Below are positions 40,201 through 53,110 of a DNA stretch of 64,000 bases, one piece after another. Source of the stretch: Phallusia mammillata (Eukaryota); NCBI GenBank assembly GCA_965637545.1, contig OZ281496.1, forward strand, positions 26,722,001-26,786,000. The letters are read 5' to 3'. The notes under the pieces were generated by a model. The model saw only the letters and a program-made list of their open reading frames with translations, had not been told where the DNA came from and searched no databases. How positions within the stretch are numbered: the first letter of the stretch is position 1; every line of letters begins with the position of its first letter. The position numbers were made by a program, and so were the translations under genes.

Positions 40201-43200
40201 CCATTGAAAGTCGAATCACAAGCACCGTTGCGCGCCTCGCTGCACACGGGAATTTAGAAAAAAGTAACTCCGAATCCACTTGTCATATAGCACTTGTCAT
40301 ATAATTTTCAGGTTCGCAGTGTTCTTGATGCTGTAAACCATTTGCTAAGCGATGATTCGTCACCACTTTTCTGCCTCATTGCTGTTAACCCTGCGGTGGC
40401 AGCAAAGGGCATAGATCAGAAGTACAATGGTAACAAATATCTGAAGAAATTCATCAATGTGCCGTTCTATTTTCCCGAGGTAACGTTTAGAAATTACGTC
40501 CCAAAAAGAATCTAAACCATAATTCCATTGTATGTTTGGAACGGTAGAGCTACTAACACGGTGCCTCCTGGGTGATCCAAAAGTGCCTAATTTTTAAAAC
40601 GGTATCTCAAAAAATGCTAATGGTTAGGGCTATTAGGGTCGGGGTAAGGTATTAGCATTTAAAATTCAATAAAACTAACCCAAAAAATTAGTTATTAATG
40701 TAAAATTTTTAAACATTTGCATCCTCAACCAACCCTCTTTAGCCGCTAAATAAATAATTCAGCTCTTTACGCCACCTATAAAAAATTAAGCACTTTTGGA
40801 TCACCCAGGAGGCACCGTGTTAGTAGCTCTACCGTTTGGAACTGATTTGTTGTAACTTGTAACACCTGGGTTATATCCAATGGCCAAAAGTTTTACCTGA
40901 CAATAAGTGTTTTTTTAACTATATAAAACTTTATTTGTTTCAAACATACGCATAAAGCAGTGTTTAATATGAGACATGGTGCATGTTTGTGATTGGTTTC
41001 ATGTGTCATTCCTGAGTGTCCACCAATGAAACCTCTTTTCTACCAAATGAAAGGGTTTAAACTTCAAACTAACTTGCAGATTAACCCTAGCATCAAAACG
41101 TACCTTTCGTCGATGCTTGAAAACGGATGTGAACAAGTACGGGTAGGTTTGGCAACAGTTTGCAAATAGTATTTTATAAATACAGTTTTAACGAACGGGT
41201 ATGTTTTCACAGACACCACAAAGAACTTGGGACTTTTTTGACCAAACCTATGCTTTTGAGGTGACAAGGTAAAAGCAAATCTTGCACATGTTTGTGTAGT
41301 TAGCATTGAGAACCAACAAGTATAATCAGTTATTTGAACTACTTAGAATAAATCAAACATTTATAGTTACTAAAGTTATATAACGTAAAAACTAATACGT
41401 TTAAAAGAATATTATTAAAAGTTAAAGCGTCCGTTAGTACCATTTAATTCGGTTGTACGCGCTGGCGTACGTAACCTAGGGTGTTTTTTTTTTTTCTTTC
41501 TTTTTTTGTTCTTCACGGGGTTCGAACCTAGGAACCTCCCGGGGACGAATCCCGATCAGGTTTTTTATGTCTGTATGTGGGAATCCCGATCAGGTTTAGC
41601 ATTAGCCCCCCTCCAAAATTAGACTCTCCTCAAAAATTAGACTCTCCACGGGACGTACCATAACTTAACAGACAAACTTAACCGGAAAAAGTGCCCTAAC
41701 GACAATTTAAGTCACCATGTGTTAACTTTTTCAGGGAATTTCTTCAAACCGATTTTTGTATTCAACATATTCTACCCAATCCTAGAAACATCAAACGGAT
41801 TAGGAACGTTGTTTTCATGGCAATCACGTTTGTCGCATTTCACGATCCTGAGGTTGGGTTTTAAAGGCTAAAAGGAAAAATCCTGTATCTAAAATATAGT
41901 TTAATCATAAACATAGCTGCCAAAGAACTGGTGTATATAGAATACATCATGCAGACGTTTTCAAATTTGTTTAGCATTACACCAGTTGAACGACAAATTT
42001 GTTAAATCTATGTTGTCATCTTTAGTGCAGGTTTGAGAACAGAGAATGTTGAAACGTCTGCATGATGTATTCTATTTACACCAGTACTTTGGCAGTAATG
42101 TTTATGATTAAATTACTTTTAAAGTCCGTCTATAGTGTTCCCAAAAATATAGTATTATGTAAACCAGTGGTGTTTTTTGTCTTATGCAGGAGATGATAAT
42201 GGACTCCTTGTCAATTACAAGGAAAGAGCGTAGTATGCACGAGGAAAGTTCAGTGCAGCGGGCCATTCAGGACTACATAAACATACTTAAGGTTAATGGT
42301 TTGGATAAGTTCTTCAACTTGCTCGGAAATTTGCAGTTCAGCAACAAGGATGGTACCTATGCCAAAGAACTTTTACAAGAAACATTGGAAGTGTGCAAAA
42401 CCTATGCCAAATTTGCAAATAAAGCAGACACCAACGTTCTGGCAGCAAAAGATGCAGCAAAAAGGGCAAACAACGCTGCGATCCAGGCTAAAGAATCGGT
42501 GCTCGTTGCCAAAAAGGCAGAAATCATGGCTAACCAGATAGCACAAAATGCCAAGAAAGCCAAACATGCCAATGCTGAAGAAACCACGGCACATTGCAGC
42601 AAACAAAGCACTTCAGTTGAAGCTACAGCGGGTGCATGTACTGCAAAGGAACCTAAAACCAAGAAGCAATCCTCTTTAAGATTCGATAGATTTTTTGTGA
42701 AAACAACTACTGATGAAAAAGTCAAAGAAAATTGCAGAGAAGCAGAAAGACTCGCCAAAGAAGTCGCAAATGAAGCCCAAATAAATATGGGCCAAGCACA
42801 ATCGGCAGCAAAAGAAGCCGAAGATGCTGCGGAGCGCGCTTTGAACGCCAAACGAAGCTTATCTAGCGATTCGGTTGCAAATGCGTGTGAGATAGCGGAA
42901 AAATTTGCAAAAACAGCAATGGAAGCCAGGAAAGTAGCCGAAAACGCTGCTAATATTGCTTTCACCAAAGCTAGCGATGCTAATTCTGTTGTGAAAAACG
43001 CCTGGAATGTTGCTGCCAAGTTTGCTGCGGTAAACAAAGCTAAAGTACAGGATGTAAAGAAGGCATTGACAAAGGACTTTTGTGAAAATCTAACTCTCCT
43101 GATTATAATGATTGAGCAATGGCCGTTTTTGACAACACTGCTACTGCAACAGATGAATGATAACCTTGCAAACGAGCAATGTGTCAATGCAATGAATGAC

Positions 43201-43896
43201 GAGCACAAATCATTGCAGGACGTATACGGGTAAGAAAAAAAAATTCGCGTTTAGAAAAGTAATATGGATACAAATTTTAGTTTTTTAGAACACTGCACAC
43301 GTCTTTTCTCTTGAATAATCAAAGCATTTATATATTTTTGGACAAAATTAATTGGTTAATATATTTTAGATTAATCTCATATACGTTTATATAGGTTGAG
43401 TCACTTCTACAGTAACAATAATACAGTTGATTTATCGTTTTGCTGTTATTTATCGACTGGATTTAGTTTTTTTTTAACATTAACCCCTTTGAAAAGGTAA
43501 AGTGAATGGAAGTAAGTGTTTGGATTAGGAATGTCATTAGTTATAATATTGTAGCCTTCTATGCGTTTATATAGGCTAGACCTGGTTACAATTCTGCAAT
43601 AATTTGATTTATCGTTTTGCTGTTACAGAGAAGTACAATTGAGCCAGATGAATCTTGGCGCTCTGGACGAAGACAGGCAAGTTTTTGAGCGTCTGCTGGT
43701 TCAAATGGAGAAATCAAATCACCGATTAAACCACACAACAGCTCGCAACCTCCAAAAATATGCCATCAACTTTGACCCCAGACAAGTTCGGAGCTTCTCA
43801 GCCCGTGATTCGAATGTAGTTGATCAACCAGAGCAGCGAAATGTGCATGCAACTTCACCAGCACGAAAAACCAACAAACATGAAGTGATCGTCTGA
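37284..43896 (+). CDS. KAP-family P-loop NTPase with 4 TM helices (NKPD1/Kidins220-like), paralogue 1
   Basis: In-frame exon chain from the ATG at 37284: EDHLDYRRYAKVL..PLSIGIFSACGNGKSFLL (Walker A, about 37790-37915), TM pair, FIHVDFNVWEHGG, TM pair, DFMKLVKNE, IVVAIDNLDR (Walker B, about 39977-40006), AVNHLLSD..IAVNP..YLKKFINVPF, LPNPRNIKRIRN, EQWP, DEDRQVFERLL, stop at 43896. Confidence 0.9.
38018..38289. mobile_element. hAT (Charlie-like) MITE, 272 bp, in a KAP-1 intron
   Basis: TIRs CAGGGGTCGGCAACC / GGTTGCCGACCTCTG and a perfect 8-bp TSD GGCTAACA. Confidence 0.9.
40543..40833. mobile_element. MITE, 291 bp, with about 53-bp TIRs starting GG and a 9-bp TSD (Merlin- or Mutator-like)
   Basis: GGTAGAGCTACTAACACGGTGCCTCCTGGGTGATCCAAAAGTGC (44 bp) is perfectly inverted at both ends and flanked by GTTTGGAAC direct repeats. 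Confidence 0.9.
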
Positions 43897-45307
43897 ATGT
43901 GTGCAACCTAAGTCGCATTTAGTGCAAACTTATACGAAGTAATAAATGTATGTTTTTAATGTGTAGTGATACTGGAATGTTTTGAATTTGTAATTTGACA
44001 AAGGAAATAGCCGGCGTTTAATTCTTATATTTGTTTCGTTTAATGCTGTATGCATGCCACTTGTTCATTGCAAAATAAGCCTAGTTTGTAAAGCAAACCC
44101 TTCCATGGAATAAAAATGTAAATTTTTCCAATGTCTGTAATTGCGAAGTACTCAAAGCAGTACTATAAAGTGGGATTCTTTTTTGGTGTTGTGTAGTGGT
44201 TTATATGTATTATCAGACAGTTGTAGAACTGCTGCTGGCGCTTATACCAACGTATATTCAATACTAGTTTTTTTTTTCCTTTTTGCTACATTATTGCAAT
44301 GCGTAAACATTTTTTAGTTTCTTATGTTGTTGTTGCCTGATTCAAGCATATATTAGGTGTGTATAGAATAAGTGTAAATAGATTGTATAGAATAAGTGTA
44401 AATAGATAAAACTTTTAAGCATTTTAATGGAAGATGTACATCTCGTTAAAACATATAATAAAATATGCATAGTGTATATTTCGGACAAGTGGTCATATGA
44501 AAGCTGACGTTAGTAAATTCGTTTCTCTAATACAATCAAATAAATGCCAGGTGTTACACAGCCAAGCATTCCAGCTCCTCGAACGACAGAATGATCAAAT
44601 AACAACGCGATGTCATGAACAGACAGACATTCGTAAGTCTAATTTACCACACAACGTAATTGCCATGAAAACGATTTGTAACACAATCTGTTTAAATGGA
44701 AACGACAAGTGACAACAAGGAGTTTACGCAGCGTCGGTAACGCCACGCCGTATACCATGTCAATTCATCTGTCCTGGGAAAATTGTAATTTGTTGTTGTC
44801 CGCTATAGTTATAAACAACGTTTTGTTACATACTTTGTTAGAAAGCAATTTAAAGGTCGGGAAATTGAGTTGCTCACCAGTTGCTAAGGTCCTGTGGTCA
44901 AGGTGAGGATTCTTTAGGGCAGTGGTTCAGTGCATTTTCAAACATGCGGCTCACCATAAACTAAACTTACTTTCCGCAGCACTCTTTGCAGAACAAAAAC
45001 ATTATAATACAACTAGTTTCGACCAAGATCTAAGAAACCGATTGTTCGTAAAATGAGTATTACACAATTAAACTTTGTCACTTAAACCGATAAATGTTGT
45101 TGTTGTTGTTGTTGTTACGCGTTTGACGCTGTACGCTTTTTTGACTACATATATATGTTTTTAGTTGTAATATTTGGTTTTCAGATTTTTATAAAGTGCA
45201 AAAAGCGAACAGTGTTTGCATTTGTAGCGAAATATCGTTATTGTTTGTTGCAGACAAATCAAATCAGGGTTTTCCCAGGGGTTTCTTAAAATTCAGATTC
45301 TGGCGCC

Positions 45308-48300
45308 ATGGCAAATCACGATAAAGAAAAGCAACAATTTGGTAAGATTAAGGACAGACATTCTTACTTTAAAAAGAAGTAATATGCACAAAATCTAAAT
45401 AAAAGTCTTTGGAGTACACAAATGCAGTACCACAAAAGCAGCATTATACTATGTTTTTTGTGTGCAGGCAAGCCCTTGCTTAACGATGGAATACACATAG
45501 AGGACCAGCTTGGATACAAAAATTACGCCGAAGCATTAAGTTATCAACTGAATCACGTTGCAAGCCCGCTTACAATCGGACTTTTTTCCAAATGGGGTAG
45601 TGGAAAGTCATTTTTGCTCAGGTTAACAAAAGGTCAGTGTGATTAATTAAAGTTATTTCAATACAGTAGTTAGTATCCCTTCAAACATTATGTAAGGTGG
45701 CCATATTTCATGGGTTTCAGAAAAATTACTGAGTGAATACACAAAATCTGGAGAGATAAAATTCGTCCTTTGGTATGGAATCATTTTCTTTTTCATTTCA
45801 ATTACCGCAATATTATGTTTCGTTGTCGGTATGGTAATTCAAACCAACTGGCCACTAACTGTTGCTGCGACATACGCTGGAATCCTACTGCTGACAGTGA
45901 TTATTATGCTACTGTTCTGTCTAACCAGCGAAAATAGAAAATCATATTGGAAACTTCCTATCTGTGCTACCTTTACCAAGCTGCGAGTTCAAGAGATACC
46001 TGATGAAAACATGTAAATATGAAAACTAATGCAAAGTTTGATAAAACAGCACACCACCAAAGTCTACAATTTCTGTATTTTTACCAATACCTTGTACTTT
46101 ATAGCAACATAAGTGCACGAAAATTCATTTACGTCGATTTCAATGCTTGGGAACATGGTGGAAGTGACGACATTTGGGCAGCGATCGTCACTTCCATTGT
46201 TGATGGCATGGAGAAAGAATTTGGATCTTTTACAGTCAGAATTTTTCGCTCTATTGATATTCAAAAGTCTCAGAACGCCATATTTTCTTGTAAGAATGAT
46301 AATTCGTTGACAATATTTAGTTGCCAATATTTAATATCACGTATTACTTTAATAATGAAAAGGTTTTAGACAGAGATCTTTAGGCACCACAACATACCCA
46401 ATGCAGCCAAAAAAGGCCCATAATTTTAGTTATCATATCACTAATTTTTTTGCAGGTTTCAAAAATTCGTGCCATTTTCGCACCAATATCTTGATACCTT
46501 CGGCAATTTTTTCTATTGTTCTATTGTCGGTGATACTGGTCATGTTTTTGCCAAAAAATGTACGTTTCAAATAATACAAAAATGCTTTGTTTGCTCAATT
46601 TTGTTCACTCTTTTCAGGGTTTTCAATTACCTCAATGGGTTCCTCCAGTTGTAGCTGTTGCATTAGGTGGAACTTGGGCAACATTGAAGACAGTTTATGC
46701 CTTCTGCAACTCACAAAGAACCCGCATAAACCGAGCACTCAATCGTACAAGAAAAAATATGTCGAAAAAACTTGGTTTCATGAAGCTCGTAAAGGATGAG
46801 GTAGTTTTCAGGAATTATGTGGAACCAACACATTAAATCTATAGTTGATTTTTTGTCATAGGTCAAGGCAGTTTCAGATTTGATTCATTTTGTAAGACAA
46901 GTCTACAAAGAAGACTACAAAATTGTTCTAGCAATTGACGACCTGGACCGCGTCACCCACAACAAAGTATATGATTGTAGGATGAAACGTAATAATATGC
47001 AGATTTTTGTGTATTTACGCCATTTGCTTAATTTAACAATTGGTTTACAAAATGTTTGTTAAAAAATATATGTAACTTTGGTCTTCCAAGAATCTAAGAT
47101 ATTAGGTTTGTAGGCATTACTTGTCGAAATTTACCAAAAGTCATGTAAAAAAAATTTAGGTACGCAGCATTCTTGATGCGGTGAATATACTTCTAAGCGA
47201 TCAATCGTCCCCATTCTTTTGCCTAATTGCTGTTGATCCCGTGGTGGCAGTTAACAGCATTGACGAAAGGTGTGACACTTCTATCAATGTCAAAAAACAC
47301 GGACATGAATATCTCAAGAAAATCATCAATGTGCCGTTTTGTTTACCAGAGGTATAGTAGTTACTAATTGCATTTATCTTAATATTTGTGGAGTGTCTTG
47401 GGACCTGGTCTAGCCAGTTGGTTTTAATTATTATTGTTAAAGTTGTTTAGGTGTTACGCACAGTCTATCCGTTATGCGTTAAACAAAAAAGGTTACCTCG
47501 AATTACCCCGATTTAGGTTACCCCGAAATTGACACCTTACCTTGCTTCGCTGCTTAAAGATGAAAACGGACAAGTACCCGTAAGATGCTTAACATTTGCC
47601 AAATATTTTAACCGCATTTTCCATAAACATGTTTTCTTTCCAGTCGTCAGATGATCAGAAAAAGGAAACACAAGCCGAGGTGGCTAGTTTGAAGGGTAAT
47701 AAGATCGACGAACAGAAAGAAGAAGCACCGAACGCGGAAATTTTTTTTCTTCAAAATCAAGCGTACAGTGCAACCTGGTAAATTAGATTTTTTTAGTAAA
47801 ACCTGCTTTTGCTTTAAATGTTACGCCAAGAGTCGAATTGTGTAGACAAAAGATATTTTAGTGTTGAATAACTGTAAGTATGTAGTGATTTAACTATAAT
47901 TATAATCACTATATGAAATCACTATAAAAATGAATTCCTATAATTTCCACCTGCTCGACAGATATATCTGTGGCCCTTTATTGAATAATTATTCATGTTT
48001 ATGGCCATTATATGAGGCTTTACAAAAGTAATTTAGCAAAATATTATGTTTCAGCAATTACTTAAATTTTAAATTCAACAAAATAAAGGAGTTATTTTTA
48101 GGCAATATCTTCAGAAAGACTTATGCAGAGAACACATCCTACCAAATGCACGGAATATTAAACGGATAAAGAACATTGTATCCATGGCAGTCCAATTCGT
48201 TAAATTTCACAATTTTGAGGTAAGAAACAAAACAGAAATATTGTTGCAGAAAAATAAAGCAGCGTGTTTGTATTGCAGGATGTTGTCGCAGACTCGTTGT

Positions 48301-50195
48301 CAATTCCTCGTCGCAAGCATAAAATTGATAAAGATATAGACGACACCAATGACCTCTTTATAGAATTTTTCAAGGACAAAAGCGACAATTCAAAAGTCAA
48401 CTCTATGATTGAAGTTGGGTCTTACACATCAGATATTCTAGAAAAGATTGAAGATGATATCAAGGAAAACAAAATAACAGGTACGTCACTCATTGAAAGT
48501 GTGACAGGTACGAACACAAAATAGAGGAGCGAGATAATAACTGAAAAACACCGATGAAAAAAGGCATCACCACCAAAAACAATCATGCATGATGCAGTAA
48601 AAGTAACCGACGTATCTTAAGTTGCCAAAAAGCAGGTTAACACCAACAACAACAATTCGCACAAATAAAGTAAATGCTGGTAGTAGTTTTGGATCTAAAC
48701 ACATTCTGTGTTTGCCTTTATTTCTTTTTTTTCGATTTGGTAATCTCTACCTAAAAACAAAAAAAACTTTCCGCATCAATAACAACGCAAGATGGCCTCT
48801 AAAACAATAGTTTTGCTTTCAAAAAGTGCTTATGGCATCAAGAGTAGGGTAGAGCTACACCATACCTCACGGCGAACTCACATTTAGCCACATTTAACTC
48901 ACATTTTGCTAAAGTTAGTTTTTTTGGAAATTTTACGTCAGGTATTTAGTTTTGAGTTAGTTACCTCGCACCAACCCCAAAAAACCTAACCGTCAGCATT
49001 TTTAGGGATATATATATAATTTTTAATAAGTATTCAAACTCTTTAAGTCGCCTCTTCGAATTCACCCTAATACCGTGAGGTAGAGTGTTAGTAGATTTTC
49101 TCAAGAAAAGTGGGTCCACACAGAAGCTTTCCACAGACGGTTGAAGTACATTCTTTAATGGCACATAAGGAGTGAAAAGCACCCCTCTTATTTTTTTACA
49201 AACAAACAACAAAATACATAGTTTCCGCTCTGTTTACAGAACAACCACCATAGACAGTCGACAAATTACTTTTTAGGTGCGACTTAGGTTAACTTCAGGT
49301 AAAAAAAAACTTTAGGTGAAAACCATTGGCAGTTATATACCCGCAAAATAGCTTGCAATGTTGGCATTGTGCCCAAATTTATCTCGATCATTTTACCAAA
49401 TTTGGTTTACAGAGCTGTCGGAAGTAAAAGCTGCATTAACAAAGGACTTTTGCGAAAATCTCACTTTGTTGATTTTGATGATTGAGCAGTGGCCTTTCAT
49501 GACAAGTATTATGCTGCAAAAGTTGGAAGATACTTTTCTGAGCGCAATAAGAGACGGAAAAAGGGTTCACGGACACACATCACTCCATGAAGTTTACAAG
49601 TAAGAAGAACTATAAGTGGTGGCAGATTTGCATTTATTTTGAACCCAAATACAAATTTGTAACGGTACTACATGCACTTAAATTTTGTTTTTTTGTGGTG
49701 AAACTTTGTTGTTGAATGTAGTACGATTATACCTAATATCGGCATTACATACATGCTAATCGACCGAGCTTAGTTTGGTTTGCTTCATAGTTTACTTTTT
49801 GTATCATACAAAACTAAATTTGAAAAATGTTCCGTATTTTAAATTATCTTTTCGCACGCCTATGCTCCGTTACGCCAACTACCAGAAATTAATTAACCTT
49901 TGGTGTGAGTTCCTGTGTTAGTATCCCTACCGGTGTTTATGTCTATTGTATGCCTATTGCCTATATGTTGCGACGCAGGAACGAAAACTTAAAGGACCTC
50001 AAACCGAACGTTGCAGTGGATGGTGATCCGCTTGTTTTCGAGCGTCTGCTGATCAAAATGAACAAAGAAGGCCACCATCTGAACACTACAACAGCTCGCA
50101 ACCTCCGAAAGTACGCCATTAATTTTGACCTTAGGCAAATGCAGACATATCTCGCCTCCAAAGAGGACGTTGTTCAAACAACGCAACCAACTTAA
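45308..50195 (+). CDS. KAP-family P-loop NTPase with 4 TM helices, paralogue 2
   Basis: In-frame exon chain: EDQLGYKNYAEAL..PLTIGLFSKWGSGKSFLL, TM pair, FIYVDFNAWEHGGSDDIWA, TM pair, LGFMKLVKDE, IVLAIDDLDR, AVNILLSD..IAVDP..YLKKIINVPFCLP, LPNARNIKRIKN, EQWP, DGDPLVFERLL, stop at 50195. Most intron positions match paralogue 1. Confidence 0.9.
48849..49102. mobile_element. Degenerate MITE related to 40543-40833
   Basis: Begins GGGTAGAGCTAC..TACCTCACGG and ends CCGTGAGGTAGAGTGTTAGTAG (imperfect TIRs sharing the GGTAGAGCTAC / CTACTAACAC motifs). Confidence 0.5.
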
Positions 50196-52177
50196 AATAT
50201 TAAACCAAAACCAAAAAGAAAACGAAGCTGTTCAACTGGGAGTGTGCCTGGCCTTTCTGTCACAAACGAGTGGTCCGAAAAATGTTCAGTTTAACTGCTT
50301 TAACATCGTTTCGGTTTTTACAACACATATGAGTCCGTGCTAATGGGCATAGTTGCACGATTTTATGAATCGCATTAACAAACCACCCCATTTTTACTGT
50401 TTATTTAAAATTGTTTTCAACTTAGCGGTTGTATATGCTTTTCGCAACTGCTATCAAAAGTGTTGCTCGCTTTTCATTTTTTGAAAAATGAACAAATATA
50501 AGCAGATCGTGTGTACGCATTTGTTATACTCAGCACTTATTTTTAGTATTAACCAACTTGCTCAAGAAAGAAGGCCTAGGTTTTTATAATCGTTAGTTTG
50601 AGAAGTCATATAAGCTTACTTATAGGTTATCGTTAGATAAAAAATCTGTAAAAGCCCGATGTTAATTTGATGAAAAGTAACGAACAGGTATAAAATAATG
50701 TACCCTTTTACTTTCCATGTATTGGTTAAAAAACACAAGTAATACGAGGAAAATAACTGTTATAGTTATATTCAAGACACAAAACGTCGATTCGAATTTG
50801 CATGTTTCCAGATCGAAATAATAGAACATGTTTCCAATGCACAACATTGCCAAAGCCAGTTAAAATTACTTATCATTTCGGTGTCTTTTAAATTGAAGGT
50901 CCTGAAGTTGAATAGGACTGTTCAAACACGTAGTTAATTGTCGCAAGCGTTATATACTAAACTTGGCAGGCTCGTTTGTAACAAATTAAACTAAAAATTG
51001 TAAGCTTAATTCTTAGTTTTGTCGGGACACAACTTAATTTATTACCATTTAATTAACATTTAAACACACAACAAACAATGCTGTGAAGTAGTAATCTCCA
51101 ACGTCACGTTTGCAATTCATACAGTGCAAAGTACAAATGAGACAACAAAATCGCGTGACAAGATTAGCACATAGATTGCAACATAGTTTCAGGTGCCGTG
51201 GAATTTTCTCTACACCAATGGTCGGCAACCACCGGGACGCAGCCTGGTGCCAGTCTGCATGTAGGACGTTTGTTACCAGACGACATAAAACTTGTTTAAA
51301 GTTCTCATTGAATTAAAATTGTGATAACTGTAGTTAGTTTTCAGTGCTGAACAACTGTGGTTTGTATTATAAGGCCGATCCGTGATAAAAAAATCCAGTT
51401 TAAACCGGTCCGCAGTGCAAAAAGGTTGATTAACCGTGTTTTACACTATAAATGCATAAATCACATTTCGAGGCCAAAGGTTTGCGTTTCGCAGTAGTAA
51501 ATCGACAAGCAATTGCCTCGGCAAACCGCAAACAACTCCACAATGCGTTTCAATCCTTGTTAGGTGTCGACGCTGCGATTTTCATCCATCGATGGCACTT
51601 TGACGGCCAGCTGATCATGAGGCACGACCCTTCCGCTAAGGAAACGAATGACCTGGGAAGCGATGACGTTGGGCCAGCACAGCAGAAGTGTTATAATTGC
51701 GAGGGCCATCAATCTGCGGTTTGGAGCGGGGTCGTTGGCCAGGTCAACGGGAAAACAAATGCAAATTTCCCATGCTTTTAGGGGCTGGGCAAACCGCGCT
51801 GTGTGACCTCTGATAAAGGAAGCATATCTGCTTGCGATGTTTTTTTCCAACTTGATGACATTTCATGTCCTTGGTCATATGCTCATTGATAGCAATATTA
51901 CAAAAATGTCATTAGGTTCAAGGCATAGTTCTGCATATATCACAACATGTTGCTCAACTCAGAACCTATATATACGCATTGAATTTGAGTCCTTAAAAAT
52001 GTCCATCGATGTTTTGTCACCAAACACATCGAAATTTACGAACACATCTTCCGTTTCAGTGTGTATACAAGGGTACAACTGTAAACAACAACTCCTTGCC
52101 ATAAGTACCACCAACAGGCGTTCAATTTGCTACTATCCAATGCGACTTCGGTTTTGCATTGTCGAAATTCCGGCATA

Positions 52178-53110
52178 CTACCGGCAACTGAATGGCGAAG
52201 AAAGGATTGTGTTCCATGACTCAAACGAAAGAAGGACGCTTATTAGATTAATTAGCATGTTGTACTCGTACGCCACGACTACCATGTGGCGAGTGAAGTG
52301 ACCAATCAGAGCAAACTCCAGCACAACTAACGCAAGAATATCTGAAACCACGCAAATCACAGCGAACAGGGCAGATCGCTTGAACATACGGGTAACTCGT
52401 TCAGCCCTGTTTGAGTCCGCATGCCTTCGAAGTGGAAAAAGAAATAAAAACAACATAAGAAGCTGCCCGGCGGTTACTACAGCTGTAAGGAGGATCATTG
52501 GCCAGATGGTAAACTCTTCGCTGTAGCGAGATACACAACCCCTTGACGATGCGACGAAGTTCACTGAGAAAATAAATATAAGTCCAGCCACTACGACCCC
52601 TGCACATATGATCAATATGCTGCTCCAGCTGATAAGGTTCACCCAGCATTGGTTGTGGCGTTTTAAGGCAGGGTGTTGGTATAGAGAGCGCTGTTTCAGC
52701 CATAAGAACACATACACGCATATAAGAGTAACAAAGTAGCCCAGAGCTGATACGTCAAGAGCGTATTCACATTTCCAAGGCGACGAGTCACTGTAACCCA
52801 CGTTGAAGACCACTTGATCAGCAAAGAGGCGTATGTAAGAGGACACGAACGCCACCAAAGCTGCCTTGTATACGGACGCTGCGTTTGTCTCTGAGTTATG
52901 TTTCGGGCCTTTCCGTGCAAAAAATTTCCCCTTGCGTGCACCGAAATTCGATAGTGCTATTACCACCCACGTCACAGTCAGGATGCCAGCAATGTTGCAA
53001 ATTTCCCCCACGATCCATACTGGCTGCCTGAATCTGCTGAACTCTGCCGTTGGACTTGAGTTGTTCAAGGTTTCTGTCATGTTTAAGTCTGGCAATTCAG
53101 AACCAGACAT
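52178..53110 (-). CDS. Orphan 7TM GPCR-like receptor 1, single coding exon, 310 aa
   Basis: Seven hydrophobic segments, N-terminal sequons (NMT, NNS), TM3 and ECL2 cysteines, and family motifs YVFLWLKQRSLYQHP, LFLFPL, FKRSAL and SFESWNTILSSPF. Confidence 0.85.
   Translation of the reverse strand: MSGSELPDLNMTETLNNSSPTAEFSRFRQPVWIVGEICNIAGILTVTWVVIALSNFGARKGKFFARKGPKHNSETNAASVYKAALVAFVSSYIRLFADQVVFNVGYSDSSPWKCEYALDVSALGYFVTLICVYVFLWLKQRSLYQHPALKRHNQCWVNLISWSSILIICAGVVVAGLIFIFSVNFVASSRGCVSRYSEEFTIWPMILLTAVVTAGQLLMLFLFLFPLRRHADSNRAERVTRMFKRSALFAVICVVSDILALVVLEFALIGHFTRHMVVVAYEYNMLINLISVLLSFESWNTILSSPFSCR

Noticed and set aside
42402-43208. 268-aa minus-strand ORF
   Set aside because: Antisense shadow of the Ala-rich KAP-1 exon.
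51452-51781. Plus-strand ORF with CYNCEGH as a gag zinc knuckle
   Set aside because: Spacing does not fit C-x2-C-x4-H-x4-C, and there is no LTR or pol context.
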